This document shows positions 1 through 8,999 of a DNA stretch of 64,000 nt, in pieces. The stretch is taken from positions 20,357 through 84,356 of IMG/VR virus record IMGVR_UViG_2852055501_000011. The stretch is one strand, 5' to 3'. The stretch comes from a virus (Duplodnaviria > Caudoviricetes). The stretch's first letter is position 1. Every line of letters begins with the position of its first letter. The translations under genes were made by a program, and so were the position numbers. The notes under the pieces were generated by a model. It saw nothing but the letters and a program-made list of their open reading frames with translations, searched no databases and had not been told where the DNA came from.

Positions 1-1570
1 CCGGTTTTACGGTCACGTTCGACATCATCCAGGACATCACCGGGTTATGATCGTGGTGAAATTTCCCGGAATACACATCGGCCTGAACAATTTTCATCGC
101 TTCAGACAGGTTTTTCACCGTCTGCGCAACTTCCACCAACGGGATACCCTCTTCCGCCAGGCGGCGGGAGAACTGGACTGCGCTCCACGGATCAAAACCG
201 AGCTCACGCAAGTCCTCACCCTCACACCATGCCAGAATGTCGGCTTTGATAATGTCATGGTCAACAACCTCACCGTCAGTCAGCTCAAGATAACCGGCAG
301 CCCCCCACTTACGGTACAGTTCGGCAATATGCTTAGGTGCGGTGTCTATCCGGCCTTCCGGCAGCCAGAATTTGCACTTGATATGAGTCTGTCCGTGATT
401 GTCTTCGTATACCTTAATCGCTGCGGTTACATCGATTTTATTCGACAGGTCAACACCGACCCAGACCGGATAGTTCTTCAGTTCATCATCCGGCGCATTC
501 TCCGGGCAGCAGTCCCATTTTCCTGAGTCCATCCAGATCGACTCCGCGTTAACCCACATATTGAGGTGTTTGGTCAGAAAGTTAGGCCGGGCGGCAATCT
601 GCTCTTTGGCTTTTTTTGCCAGGCGACGCATATCATCAAAGCGTTTACAGACACCCAGCCCCGGATTAGCTTTTATCCAGATGCTTTCATCAAACGGATC
701 ATCATCTTCATCCGGCGTGTAAATTGCCGCGAAAAAGGTGTCATCCTCCACCACGCCCCGCAGCACCTTGATGGCGTAATCCCGCAGTTCGTAGCAGATG
801 CCCTCGCGGTTAAATCCCGCTGTGGTGATCGCAAACAGCAGGGATTGCAGACGGGCACCGGTCGCGGTTTCCAGCACATCCCACACATCACGGGTTTTGT
901 GGGCGTGAAGTTCGTCCACAATACCGCAGTGAATATTCAGGCCGTCGAGGTTATTTGCGTCGCTGGACAACGGCTCAAACTTGGATGCGGACCGCTCCTG
1001 GTAAATCGCCAGCTTATTAAACTCAAACAGGCGGCCGAGTGAGCTTTTGGCCTTTTTGATCATGTTTTTCGCATCTTCAAACACGATACGGGCCTGGTCA
1101 CGGGTTGTGGCCGCCGAGTAAACCTCGGCACCACCTTCACCGTCAGCACCGGTCATGTACAGACCGATGCCTGATGAAAGTGTGGATTTTGCGTTTTTAC
1201 GCGCCACTTCGTTATAGGCTGTCCGGAAACGGCGAACCAGTACCGGATCGCCGTCATCGTCGTACTGAGCCTCACCGCTGAGCTCATCAACCAGCGGGAT
1301 CACGAAACCAAAGATATTAATCAGAATAAAGGTATGCCACGGCATCAGCTCAATCGGCTTACCTGCCAGCGCCCCTTTGACGTGCGGAACGAACCGGTAA
1401 AAATCCAGAATATGCCGGGCGCGTTCCTCCATGAAATAAATACCGCGCTCAGGGCCGTATTCCAGATCATCAAGAAACCGCTGACACGCCAGGCGTATCA
1501 GTTCGCCCGTAACTATTTCTCCGGCAACCACCTGCTCGGCGTACCGGATCCCGTCTGCTACGGTTGCCAT
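1..1570 (-). CDS. Terminase large subunit (3' end outside the window)
   Basis: Minus-strand translation begins MATVADGIRYAEQVVAG and contains Walker A EVARKNAKST; directly follows terS; absent from the ORF track because it runs off the edge. Confidence 0.93.
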   Translation of the reverse strand, partial: MATVADGIRYAEQVVAGEIVTGELIRLACQRFLDDLEYGPERGIYFMEERARHILDFYRFVPHVKGALAGKPIELMPWHTFILINIFGFVIPLVDELSGEAQYDDDGDPVLVRRFRTAYNEVARKNAKSTLSSGIGLYMTGADGEGGAEVYSAATTRDQARIVFEDAKNMIKKAKSSLGRLFEFNKLAIYQERSASKFEPLSSDANNLDGLNIHCGIVDELHAHKTRDVWDVLETATGARLQSLLFAITTAGFNREGICYELRDYAIKVLRGVVEDDTFFAAIYTPDEDDDPFDESIWIKANPGLGVCKRFDDMRRLAKKAKEQIAARPNFLTKHLNMWVNAESIWMDSGKWDCCPENAPDDELKNYPVWVGVDLSNKIDVTAAIKVYEDNHGQTHIKCKFWLPEGRIDTAPKHIAELYRKWGAAGYLELTDGEVVDHDIIKADILAWCEGEDLRELGFDPWSAVQFSRRLAEEGIPLVEVAQTVKNLSEAMKIVQADVYSGKFHHDHNPVMSWMMSNVTVKP

Positions 1571-1573
1571 TCA

Positions 1574-2044
1574 TCATTTTCTTTGTTTCAGAAATGCCTC
1601 GAAAGGGTCTTCTTCGGCTGGTGTGTTAATCGTTACCTTCTGGCGGGCTGCCGGGGTCATACCGAACTCGGAGAGCATCGCGCGGATCCGTTTCCATGCA
1701 TCAGCTTTCATTGCCGCCACGGGGTGCGCTTTTATCAGTGGACCGCCATCACTCTGTGTTGTGTAGGTGTAACCTTCTTCGTCCAGCGTATCGCAGTGTT
1801 GCCGGTATTCGGTGTATGCCTCGATCAGCAGCTCCAGCGCTTTGGCATCCATCGAACTCATCACGCCCATCACATTGAGTTCTTCACCTATCCGCTTAAA
1901 CCAGTATTTCCCCTGCCTGGTAAAATGTTTCGGTGTTGGGGGTACCCCTGACGGCGGTTTTGGTTCTTTTTTATTGATCGGGCGTTTTGATGGGTTACCC
2001 CTGACCAAACGCAAGTGTGACGGGGTTTTCGGTGGTCCCGGCAT
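1574..2044 (-). CDS. Terminase small subunit, P27 family
   Basis: MPGPPKTP..GNPSKRP start and EFGMTPAAR C-terminal motif. Confidence 0.93.
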   Translation of the reverse strand: MPGPPKTPSHLRLVRGNPSKRPINKKEPKPPSGVPPTPKHFTRQGKYWFKRIGEELNVMGVMSSMDAKALELLIEAYTEYRQHCDTLDEEGYTYTTQSDGGPLIKAHPVAAMKADAWKRIRAMLSEFGMTPAARQKVTINTPAEEDPFEAFLKQRK

Positions 2045-2120
2045 AATCGTTTTCTCCTGTTAATACCCCTCCGGAGAACCCGGAAAAAAGTTTTCTAACC
2101 TGCGGCGATGTGAAAAAAGG

Positions 2121-2130
2121 CAAGGCGGCG
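2121..2130 (-). other. Probable cos cohesive-end site (CGCCGCCTTG)
   Basis: Lies between HNH and terS in context GGACCGCCGCCTTG, resembling HK97-type 3' overhang cos sites. Confidence 0.5.
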
Positions 2131-2190
2131 GTCCTCTGGCCGTGGGGCGGCAGGGATTTGACCTCCCCCTCCCCCATACATAATGAGCAG

Positions 2191-2547
2191 TCAGCCGCGA
2201 TTGCGTTCTGTTGCCGTCTTGCTGTAGTGACAGGGCCAGCACAGGCTTTGCAGATTGCTTTCCGCATCGGTTCCCCCATGTGCTTTGGGTATGATGTGAT
2301 CGACTGTCTTCGCCTCGGTTGCCCGTCCTTCGCGCAGGCACTGCTGACACAGATGTTTATCCCTGTTCAGCACCCCAGCACGCAGACGGTCCCACTTCGT
2401 TCCGTATCCGCGTTCGTGTCGGCTCTTGCCCTGCTGGTGGTTCTCCCACCCAGTATTACGGTGCTCTTCGCAGTATCCGCTGCGGTCTGTGGTTGTCTTT
2501 GCGCAGCCACGTTTACGGCAGGCGCGGGGTATGCGTGGTGGCATCAT
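2191..2547 (-). CDS. HNH endonuclease, terminase-associated (HK97 gp74-like)
   Basis: CQQC..VDHIIP..GG..NLQSLCWPCH motif; adjacent to terS. Confidence 0.92.
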   Translation of the reverse strand: MMPPRIPRACRKRGCAKTTTDRSGYCEEHRNTGWENHQQGKSRHERGYGTKWDRLRAGVLNRDKHLCQQCLREGRATEAKTVDHIIPKAHGGTDAESNLQSLCWPCHYSKTATERNRG

Positions 2548-2891
2548 ATCCTCCGATTATAAAGCCGACTCATTATGAACAGGCTTTATGATTGGTTCAT
2601 GCCGTCTCTCCGGCTGTCACGCCCTGCTGCTCCGGCAGCTGACGTTGCTGCCCGTATCGGTAACCACACCGTGGATTCGTTGTTTTTGATTCTCCCCGTG
2701 CGCTCACTGCATGAGATAAACAGGTCATAGTTAACACAAGGAGACTGCGACAACGCAGCGCATAAAAAAGCCCCGCTGTTTAGCGAGGCCTTGTTTATCT
2801 TTTGTTTAGCTCAAAGAGTGTAATTTAATCACATATCCAAGAGTACCTGCCTGAGCGTAGTATTTAAGCCCGTACCCCCATCGGTTTCGGG

Positions 2892-3188
2892 CTATTTTTT
2901 TATCCTCTCCGCTTCAATCTCCCGTATTGCCCGCTTATCGTGATTACAGCCCGCTATCGACTTCATTGCATCGGCCAACAACAGGATTGCGCCGCCGTAT
3001 GTCAGTTCATCCGGAATAACCGGCAGCGGACAATCAGCCGTCAGTTGTGGCGGGATCGGCACCACCGGCGCGGGCACGAATGTCTCTTTCGTATTGCTGC
3101 AACTTCCCAACAATGCCAGGGGAAACAGGAGTAACAGCGCACTCACTGTCTTTAAACTCCGTTCTGATAACGGTTTTAACTTTGACAT
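2892..3188 (-). CDS. o-spanin (Rz1-like lipoprotein)
   Basis: Lipobox-like LLGSC, Pro-rich, overlaps the 3' end of the i-spanin; start chosen at MSKLK. Confidence 0.8.
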   Translation of the reverse strand: MSKLKPLSERSLKTVSALLLLFPLALLGSCSNTKETFVPAPVVPIPPQLTADCPLPVIPDELTYGGAILLLADAMKSIAGCNHDKRAIREIEAERIKK

Positions 3189-3411
3189 TCTCCGTGCCCT
3201 CCGTTTCTTTGGCTTTGATGTTGTCGAGTGCGGCGCGGTGTCTGATGGCAACGGCTGAAAGCGTAATGGTGTTTATCGTCCGCTGTGCTGACAGTTGTCC
3301 GGACAACGTTGTGTTATTCACCTTCAGCTGCTGGTTATCCCGGTAGGTGTCATATACCCACCAGGCGGCAACAATAAACAGCGCGGCAATTACCGTTTCT
3401 TTCCAGTTCAT
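3034..3411 (-). CDS. i-spanin (Rz-like)
   Basis: N-terminal TM helix then helical periplasmic domain, downstream of the endolysin. Confidence 0.8.
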   Translation of the reverse strand: MNWKETVIAALFIVAAWWVYDTYRDNQQLKVNNTTLSGQLSAQRTINTITLSAVAIRHRAALDNIKAKETEGTENVKVKTVIRTEFKDSECAVTPVSPGIVGKLQQYERDIRARAGGADPATTDG

Positions 3412-3566
3412 GGCGCTTCACACTCATAACAGATCACACCGTCCAGCGGGTTACCCGGCAGCGGCTTACAGTGATTCGGGAGTGAATACAGATAACAACC
3501 CGCCAACAGAGCAGTAGTCAGCAGGATGATAGCAATGATGATCAGTGTTAAAGGGTTCCGTGGCAT
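3408..3566 (-). CDS. Small predicted lipoprotein (52 aa) between endolysin and spanins
   Basis: [30 protein letters not shown]...CYECEAP; GGAG RBS upstream; TGA overlaps the Rz ATG; conserved in prophage B. Confidence 0.7.
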   Translation of the reverse strand: MPRNPLTLIIIAIILLTTALLAGCYLYSLPNHCKPLPGNPLDGVICYECEAP

Positions 3567-4024
3567 ACCGCTTTCTCCGTTTCGCGCCGGTTAATCAGAC
3601 CCTGCCACTGCTTACCACCGGCAAATGTCCAGCGTTTCATTTCGTCACAGGCACCCGCGATATCACCGGCATTGAGTTTGCGCAGCATTGTCGAACGCGA
3701 GAACGCACCGGTTCCGGTGTTATATGCAAATGAATAGATGGCCGCCCGGCTATTGTCATCAATCGGCACTTTGATCATCGGGTCAACCGCGCGCCGGACT
3801 TTCGTCAGGTCGTCATGCAGCAGCGCCTTACATTCAGCGTCCGTGTACAACTTGCCGGGCTGAATATCACTGCCGGTATGGCCATAACATACGGTAAGCA
3901 CTCCGGCCACATCACGGTAAGGTTTGTACTCAACACCCTCATACGCGGGGATCAGCACCAGCGCTCCGGCAATCGCCCCGGCGGCACAAGCGGCCATGAC
4001 TTTTTTAAATAATCGGTTATTCAT
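3548..4024 (-). CDS. SAR endolysin (GH24 lysozyme)
   Basis: Ala/Gly-rich N-terminal SAR helix; [21 protein letters not shown] catalytic motif. Confidence 0.95.
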   Translation of the reverse strand: MNNRLFKKVMAACAAGAIAGALVLIPAYEGVEYKPYRDVAGVLTVCYGHTGSDIQPGKLYTDAECKALLHDDLTKVRRAVDPMIKVPIDDNSRAAIYSFAYNTGTGAFSRSTMLRKLNAGDIAGACDEMKRWTFAGGKQWQGLINRRETEKAVCHGTL

Positions 4025-4208
4025 GATGTTCTCCGGCTTTCAGCTGGAATTCCTTCCGTTTGTAATACCAGTTCACCAGGAACGTCCCGACAGTACAGAT
4101 GATCCCGGCAACAATAGCCCACTGGTCCAGAGATAAAACGCCAAAAGCAGAGGTTATAAGTCCCCAGGCGTATGCTGTAGGGCTGGAATATTTGTCAGGC
4201 ATGCGCAT
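4017..4208 (-). CDS. Class II holin/pinholin with dual-start motif (Met-Arg-Met)
   Basis: Two TM segments, VNWYYKRKE tail typical of phage 21 S family. Confidence 0.88.
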   Translation of the reverse strand: MRMPDKYSSPTAYAWGLITSAFGVLSLDQWAIVAGIICTVGTFLVNWYYKRKEFQLKAGEHHE

Positions 4209-4565
4209 ATCCACCCCCTGCGGAGTGTTCCGTATGTTGAGTGATAGGGTAATGCCGCAACCGGTTTATATTGTTACAGACGGTTAAAGTGAGGTGGCTG
4301 CGGCACTATTCGGAATCCCACCAGCGGCGGGAAAGCAATAAAAAGAGCACTGTGGCTGAATACGGATTAGGTAATGAGCCTGTCGTATTCCAATGCTCTT
4401 ATTGTTGCTAATGGTAAAAAGCCGCACACAGCTCTTGTGTTAAGTGATAACGAGGTGATTGATACTGTGGCGGCGTATATGAAAAAGGCCGCACAGAGCA
4501 GCCACCAGAATTAAAAAAATATTATTTAACCTTGCCTACCTCAAGTTACCCGCTATAGTTGTAAT

Positions 4566-4638
4566 TGAGCGTTTTCTTTTACAATAAATAAACAAACCTA
4601 AGAAACCTTTTGCCGGTCTATATTGACCGGCTTTTTTT
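4566..4638 (+). ncRNA. Candidate small RNA convergent to the late operon
   Basis: TTGCCT(4532)-16 bp-TATAGT(4554) promoter with AT-rich UP region; terminator GCCGGTC-TATATT-GACCGGC-T7 at 4612-4638; no ATG or RBS inside. Confidence 0.55.
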
Positions 4639-4708
4639 GCCCGAAAAATAATGGCTGATTTAGTTCAGCCGGACTGCCCTGTGCTACCAGAGCCTCACAG
4701 CAATTATC

Positions 4709-4762
4709 CAGTTGTTCGGAATAACCGAACATGTGAACTATCCGGAATTTCCGGAGAGTTGA
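4709..4762. repeat. 54-bp double-palindrome element, copy 1
   Basis: GTTCGG-AATAA-CCGAAC and AACTATCCGGAATTTCCGGAGAGTT; 53/54 identical to 46595-46648. Confidence 0.85.
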
Positions 4763-5793
4763 GTTATTTCTGCCTTAGTCTGCTCAAACCGTTCCGCCTC
4801 CATCTCCACACCCAGAATGCGGCGATTGTGCTTCAGTGCGGCTTTCAGTGTCGCCCCGGATCCCATAAAGAAATCGGCTACCAGGTCACCTTCACGGCTG
4901 CTGGCTTTTATGATGTGCTCCATCATTGCGGCTGGTTTTTCACAGGGGTGCTTTCCGGGGTAATACTGAACCGGCGGGAATGTCCACACATCGGTATAAG
5001 GCACATCAACGGATACCGTGAAGTAACGACGTAACAACTGATACTGATCTGCCAGTTCGTGATATTCACGCCTGAGTGTGTGTTGTTCACTGACCAGATC
5101 ATTATGTTCACGGTATAACGGGTTATTTCGCTGACACTCTGCAGCTGTCCGCTGAAAAAGTGCCTGTAATTTCCGGAAATCCGCTTCATTCGGTAACTGC
5201 CACTGACTGTACCCGAACCAGTGTGAAGACATCTGTTTGCCGGTTGCCTGGTCAATTTCTTTTGCCGTGATACCCAATGCATCACGCGCCTGCCGGAAAT
5301 ACTCAATCAGCGGGGTAAACACATTTTTCTTCAGTTCATCCCGCCGCTGGTGGTACTCACTGCCTTTTCCTTTTACCGGTCCCTGATAATGCTCTGCAAA
5401 CAGGATCCGCTCAGTAGACGGGAAAAAACAACGCAGGCTTTCTTTGTTTTGCCGCCGCCACGGGCCGGAAGGCTTCGCCCATATGATATGGCTGAGAACG
5501 CTGAACCTCTCCCGTAACAGCATTTCTGTATCTGAGGCCAGACGTGAACCACAAAACAGGTACAAGCTGCCGTTTGGTTTCAGTACCCGCCAGAACTCTG
5601 CCAACATTTCGTCCAGCCAGGAAAGATAAGCAGAAACGTCCGGCCACTGGTTATCCCAGGCACATGTTTTTACCTGAAAATACGGCGGGTCCGTGGCGAT
5701 TAAATCAATGCAATTGTCCGGGAGGGTTTTGATATAGCTGAGTGAGTCGTCGTTGACTAAATTAATACTGTTTAAATTAACAGTACTTTTCAT
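4738..5793 (-). CDS. Site-specific DNA methyltransferase (N6A/N4C, beta class)
   Basis: TDPPY motif IV, HPCEKP and DFFMGSG motif I. Confidence 0.93.
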   Translation of the reverse strand: MKSTVNLNSINLVNDDSLSYIKTLPDNCIDLIATDPPYFQVKTCAWDNQWPDVSAYLSWLDEMLAEFWRVLKPNGSLYLFCGSRLASDTEMLLRERFSVLSHIIWAKPSGPWRRQNKESLRCFFPSTERILFAEHYQGPVKGKGSEYHQRRDELKKNVFTPLIEYFRQARDALGITAKEIDQATGKQMSSHWFGYSQWQLPNEADFRKLQALFQRTAAECQRNNPLYREHNDLVSEQHTLRREYHELADQYQLLRRYFTVSVDVPYTDVWTFPPVQYYPGKHPCEKPAAMMEHIIKASSREGDLVADFFMGSGATLKAALKHNRRILGVEMEAERFEQTKAEITQLSGNSG

Positions 5794-5931
5794 AGATCCG
5801 GGTAACCTTGTTTGTTAAGCTCCCTTTGCTTTGTGCACACAAGCAGTGGGCCTTGGTTTATCCGTGATCACACAAACGGGTGAATGGCTGGGAAGGTGCT
5901 ACCAACACCCACCAGCCGCCCATTTCACAGT

Positions 5932-6126
5932 TTAAAGTCGTCTGAACCGTTCACCGTTGCCACAGTCTTTCAAAAGACCGGCAAGGCTGAACTGAGTAAG
6001 AAGAAGCTGGCAACGCGGCAGGGAAAGCCCTGACAAGGCAGCCGCATCGCTGACAGAGAAAACCCCGTCCGGTAACACCTCAAAAAAACAAGCCGCTGCT
6101 GTTGTCATATCTTTCTGTTTTAACAT
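5932..6126 (-). CDS. Small winged-helix-like hypothetical protein upstream of the methyltransferase
   Basis: 64 aa with SVSDAAALSGLS HTH-like segment; AAGG RBS. Confidence 0.55.
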   Translation of the reverse strand: MLKQKDMTTAAACFFEVLPDGVFSVSDAAALSGLSLPRCQLLLTQFSLAGLLKDCGNGERFRRL

Positions 6127-6218
6127 GGTATTTTATACCTTTGGTCAGTTATTGTGCATAAATACACATGTAACTCTGACCAAACGTAACAGCAAGTCTT
6201 ATGTTTATTTCAGGCAAT

Positions 6219-6243
6219 AAAAAGCCCCATCGAAGTGAGGCTA
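6219..6243 (-). terminator. tR'-like intrinsic terminator
   Basis: AGCCTCAC-TTCG-ATGGGGCT-TTTT on the minus strand; near-identical copy at 46652-46675. Confidence 0.7.
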
Positions 6244-6297
6244 TTAATTCTTTATTTTGGCAGCGCCGAAGTTACACGCGCAGCGCTAATTTATCAC

Positions 6298-6327
6298 ACT
6301 TTACCGTACGGACATCCGGACAGTCAA
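6298..6327 (-). promoter_or_regulatory. Late promoter pR' of prophage A
   Basis: TTGACT-18-TAAAGT followed by a -10-like pause element TAAATT, just downstream of Q. Confidence 0.55.
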
Positions 6328-6367
6328 GTTATTTACTGATTATTTGATCAGTAAAATATCCATACAA

Positions 6368-6745
6368 TCAGGCGGCTTTCAATGTCGCATGGATTACACC
6401 CGTAATATAGGCTTCCGCCCGTGACAAATATGACGTGATGTAATCCGGGCGCTTTTTCCACTGCTTCGCAATCGCACGACATGAAATATGATTCTGGTAG
6501 TGCAGGCAGATAATGTTGTACCCGTCGATATCATATTTCTTCAGACTGCCAACAGCCTGGTCGATAACCATGCCTTCAATATCATCAAGCCACGGCCGAT
6601 TTCCGGAAGAGGATGCTGACATGTAAGAGACCCCCTTATACTCCGTTCCGGTACGTGACGAACTCCAGTTTCCCCAGGCTTCCAGCCAGTCTTTTATATT
6701 TCTGCTCATCACCAAACATTCCGAACTCTGCTGAATATCGCTCAT
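6368..6745 (-). CDS. Late antiterminator Q
   Basis: LEAWGNWS motif and C-terminal HTH; position upstream of the lysis genes. Confidence 0.85.
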   Translation of the reverse strand: MSDIQQSSECLVMSRNIKDWLEAWGNWSSSRTGTEYKGVSYMSASSSGNRPWLDDIEGMVIDQAVGSLKKYDIDGYNIICLHYQNHISCRAIAKQWKKRPDYITSYLSRAEAYITGVIHATLKAA

Positions 6746-6775
6746 TGTTTATCTCTCCGCGCTCCGTACAGCGCA

Positions 6776-7792
6776 TTAACCAAAAACGCCGATCCCGTAT
6801 GACCGGTTCATAAACTTAAATAACAACTCCATCTGACTGCCGTGCTTTGCTTCCCATGCTGCCGGGTCGCGGTGTAATTCGTCGTGGTGAATACGGCACA
6901 ATGGGATGGTAAAAATGTCGTGTGTCTTTGTGCCGGTACCGCCGGTGCCGTGACCGATGATGTGATGCGGGTCGTCCGCCTGCTGGCCGCACACACAACA
7001 CGGCTGGCTTTTTACCCACTGCAGGTATTTCAGACACTCCCAGCGCTTTAACTTCGGGATCCGCATAAAACTTGCTGGCGGCTCCGGCTCTATCTCAGGA
7101 ACAACGACCGGTTTTATCTGCTCCACGATGTCCTGAACAATCCGGCTGTGTGAGCGCGGTTGATGGACAATGGAATGCTCTGTCATGGTGCCGGTTATCT
7201 CTTCCTCCGGTTTCTGCATCAGGATGTATGAGCTGATAAAGGCCGGAAGATGATCACTGACGCGGCGCATCACCGACCAGGTGAACAAATCGGAAGGATT
7301 AAGAAGATGACCGGCCGGCAGCCGCAGATCGGTAAAGATGCTGCGTGCCACAAACGCCCGTTGGTTGTGTAACAGAATTTCGTCCGCCTGCTGCTGGTGG
7401 ACATCACCCGCCCGCAAGATGTTGTCATGGTGCCAGCATGTCCGGATAAAACCATCTTTGTGGCGGGTCATGGTCAGTTCGTGGTGGTGCCAGGGGTTTT
7501 CCGGATCGTTAATCTGGCAGTAGCTAACTGATTTAACGTAGTGACGGGATCCGGATAGTCCGCCGGCCGCTTTTATCACGGCGGGATTATCCAGGAAACA
7601 AAGCACCCGCTCATCTGTCAGCAGCGGCTGCGCATCTGCCGGAACGCGACCGGACGGAATGCCATCCATTGAACGGGGAGCTGCACTCACAACATAACGG
7701 GCGCCATTCAGGAAATTGCCGATCTCCGCACCCGGATTAAATATCAGGATCCTGGCGTCCTTCTGGACAAAGCCGGTTAACAGGTAATTCAT
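6776..7792 (-). CDS. DUF968 (YdfU-like) protein with C-terminal HNH-like zinc domain
   Basis: YLQWVKSQPCCVCG..DDPHH..IPLCRIHHDELH. Confidence 0.88.
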   Translation of the reverse strand: MNYLLTGFVQKDARILIFNPGAEIGNFLNGARYVVSAAPRSMDGIPSGRVPADAQPLLTDERVLCFLDNPAVIKAAGGLSGSRHYVKSVSYCQINDPENPWHHHELTMTRHKDGFIRTCWHHDNILRAGDVHQQQADEILLHNQRAFVARSIFTDLRLPAGHLLNPSDLFTWSVMRRVSDHLPAFISSYILMQKPEEEITGTMTEHSIVHQPRSHSRIVQDIVEQIKPVVVPEIEPEPPASFMRIPKLKRWECLKYLQWVKSQPCCVCGQQADDPHHIIGHGTGGTGTKTHDIFTIPLCRIHHDELHRDPAAWEAKHGSQMELLFKFMNRSYGIGVFG

Positions 7793-8580
7793 CAGGCCAC
7801 CGCCGGAGTCATCATCAGTGCCAGAAGTTCCGCTGATTTGCTCTCAAAGAAATGCGGCTGCGTTTCCCGCGGATTTGCCGGGGATGTCATGTTTTTACCG
7901 TATGCCAGTCCACGCGTCGTTATCGACCAGAACAGGCGCTGTGTACCTCTGGATCCAGGCCGAGCTTTCTGCTCCACAATCCCCAGCTCAGCAAGACGTT
8001 TGTATGCTCTGGTCGCAGACAATGCGGCATTGTGATTTTTCAGCAACGTAGTCAGGGACGTTGTCGGTCTGCTGGAACCATCCACCGCGCCAGCCGGTGC
8101 ATCAATCGCATAGGACGGAGCCAGATCAGGAAGATCAGCCATCTTTTGCAGCTTCTGATACCCAGCCAGCCTTGAGGAATTCGACAGGTTCAATGTTTTC
8201 GCCATAGACTCCAGCAGGATAGCTCCGGCCTGAACTTTATCAGCCAGCTGTATCGCCTGCTGTGTTCCGGCCACCACATCGAACGTGCGGATCACTTTCA
8301 GATTGAATGAAGGACTGATCCACATCGCATAGGCATAAACCAATTCTTTGCACACGTAGGTGCCCTGTTCGGTGCCACCACGCAGCACATTTACCGGCTG
8401 TGTACCCGAGTCGCAGATTTGCAACTCGGCAATAAGTTGCTCTGTCTGTGCATTTCTCAGCCAGTAAGGTGGTTTATGCCTTTCCTCTCCACCAGCGGCC
8501 CGGTGCAAATCATTCAGGCAATAGCGACCGGCCATATCCCGGCGCACATTAATACCATCGACAATAATCAGATTGCTCAT
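7792..8580 (-). CDS. KilA-N domain protein (antirepressor-like)
   Basis: GRYCLNDLHRAAG..GTYVCKELVYAYAMWISPSF. Confidence 0.9.
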   Translation of the reverse strand: MSNLIIVDGINVRRDMAGRYCLNDLHRAAGGEERHKPPYWLRNAQTEQLIAELQICDSGTQPVNVLRGGTEQGTYVCKELVYAYAMWISPSFNLKVIRTFDVVAGTQQAIQLADKVQAGAILLESMAKTLNLSNSSRLAGYQKLQKMADLPDLAPSYAIDAPAGAVDGSSRPTTSLTTLLKNHNAALSATRAYKRLAELGIVEQKARPGSRGTQRLFWSITTRGLAYGKNMTSPANPRETQPHFFESKSAELLALMMTPAVA

Positions 8581-8597
8581 CGTTATCTCTCCACTCA

Positions 8598-8999
8598 TCA
8601 AGCGCAGCCGTATACTGCGCAGCTCTGTTTCATCTCCCGGCGCTTTGCCGCCAGCGCCATAAACAACCGGTTATGCGCAGATACAAACCCGCGTTCTGCC
8701 ATATCTGCCGGACTGGACAGGATCGGGCCGTTGTTGCGCCGGACCTCATTCGGGTTTTCCCGCATGATGATCACCAGCTTTCTGTATTTCTGTGCCTTAT
8801 CTGCCGCGTCAGGTGACAGTGAGTAAGCGGTACCTTCTGTGTGGATACGGCTTACTTCCTCAGCAGCACCTATATGAGCCAGTACAGCTAATGCATTCCG
8901 GCTTGTACTGCGTGACACTTTGTATTTGTCCATGATGTAGCGGGTCGTGATTGCAGTACCCGCTGGGATATCAGTTGCAATTTTGAGATAGAGAATCAT
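8598..8999 (-). CDS. Hypothetical HTH protein
   Basis: 133-aa ORF overlapping its neighbours; KYKVSRSTSRNAL HTH-like segment. Confidence 0.6.
   Translation of the reverse strand: MILYLKIATDIPAGTAITTRYIMDKYKVSRSTSRNALAVLAHIGAAEEVSRIHTEGTAYSLSPDAADKAQKYRKLVIIMRENPNEVRRNNGPILSSPADMAERGFVSAHNRLFMALAAKRREMKQSCAVYGCA

Noticed and set aside
47-1951. Plus-strand ORFs of 158-205 aa
   Set aside because: Antisense shadows of terL and terS; no RBS or recognisable motifs
4253-4503. CRISPR-like array
   Set aside because: The units are inverted-repeat hairpins without identical direct repeats or regular spacing, and there are no cas genes
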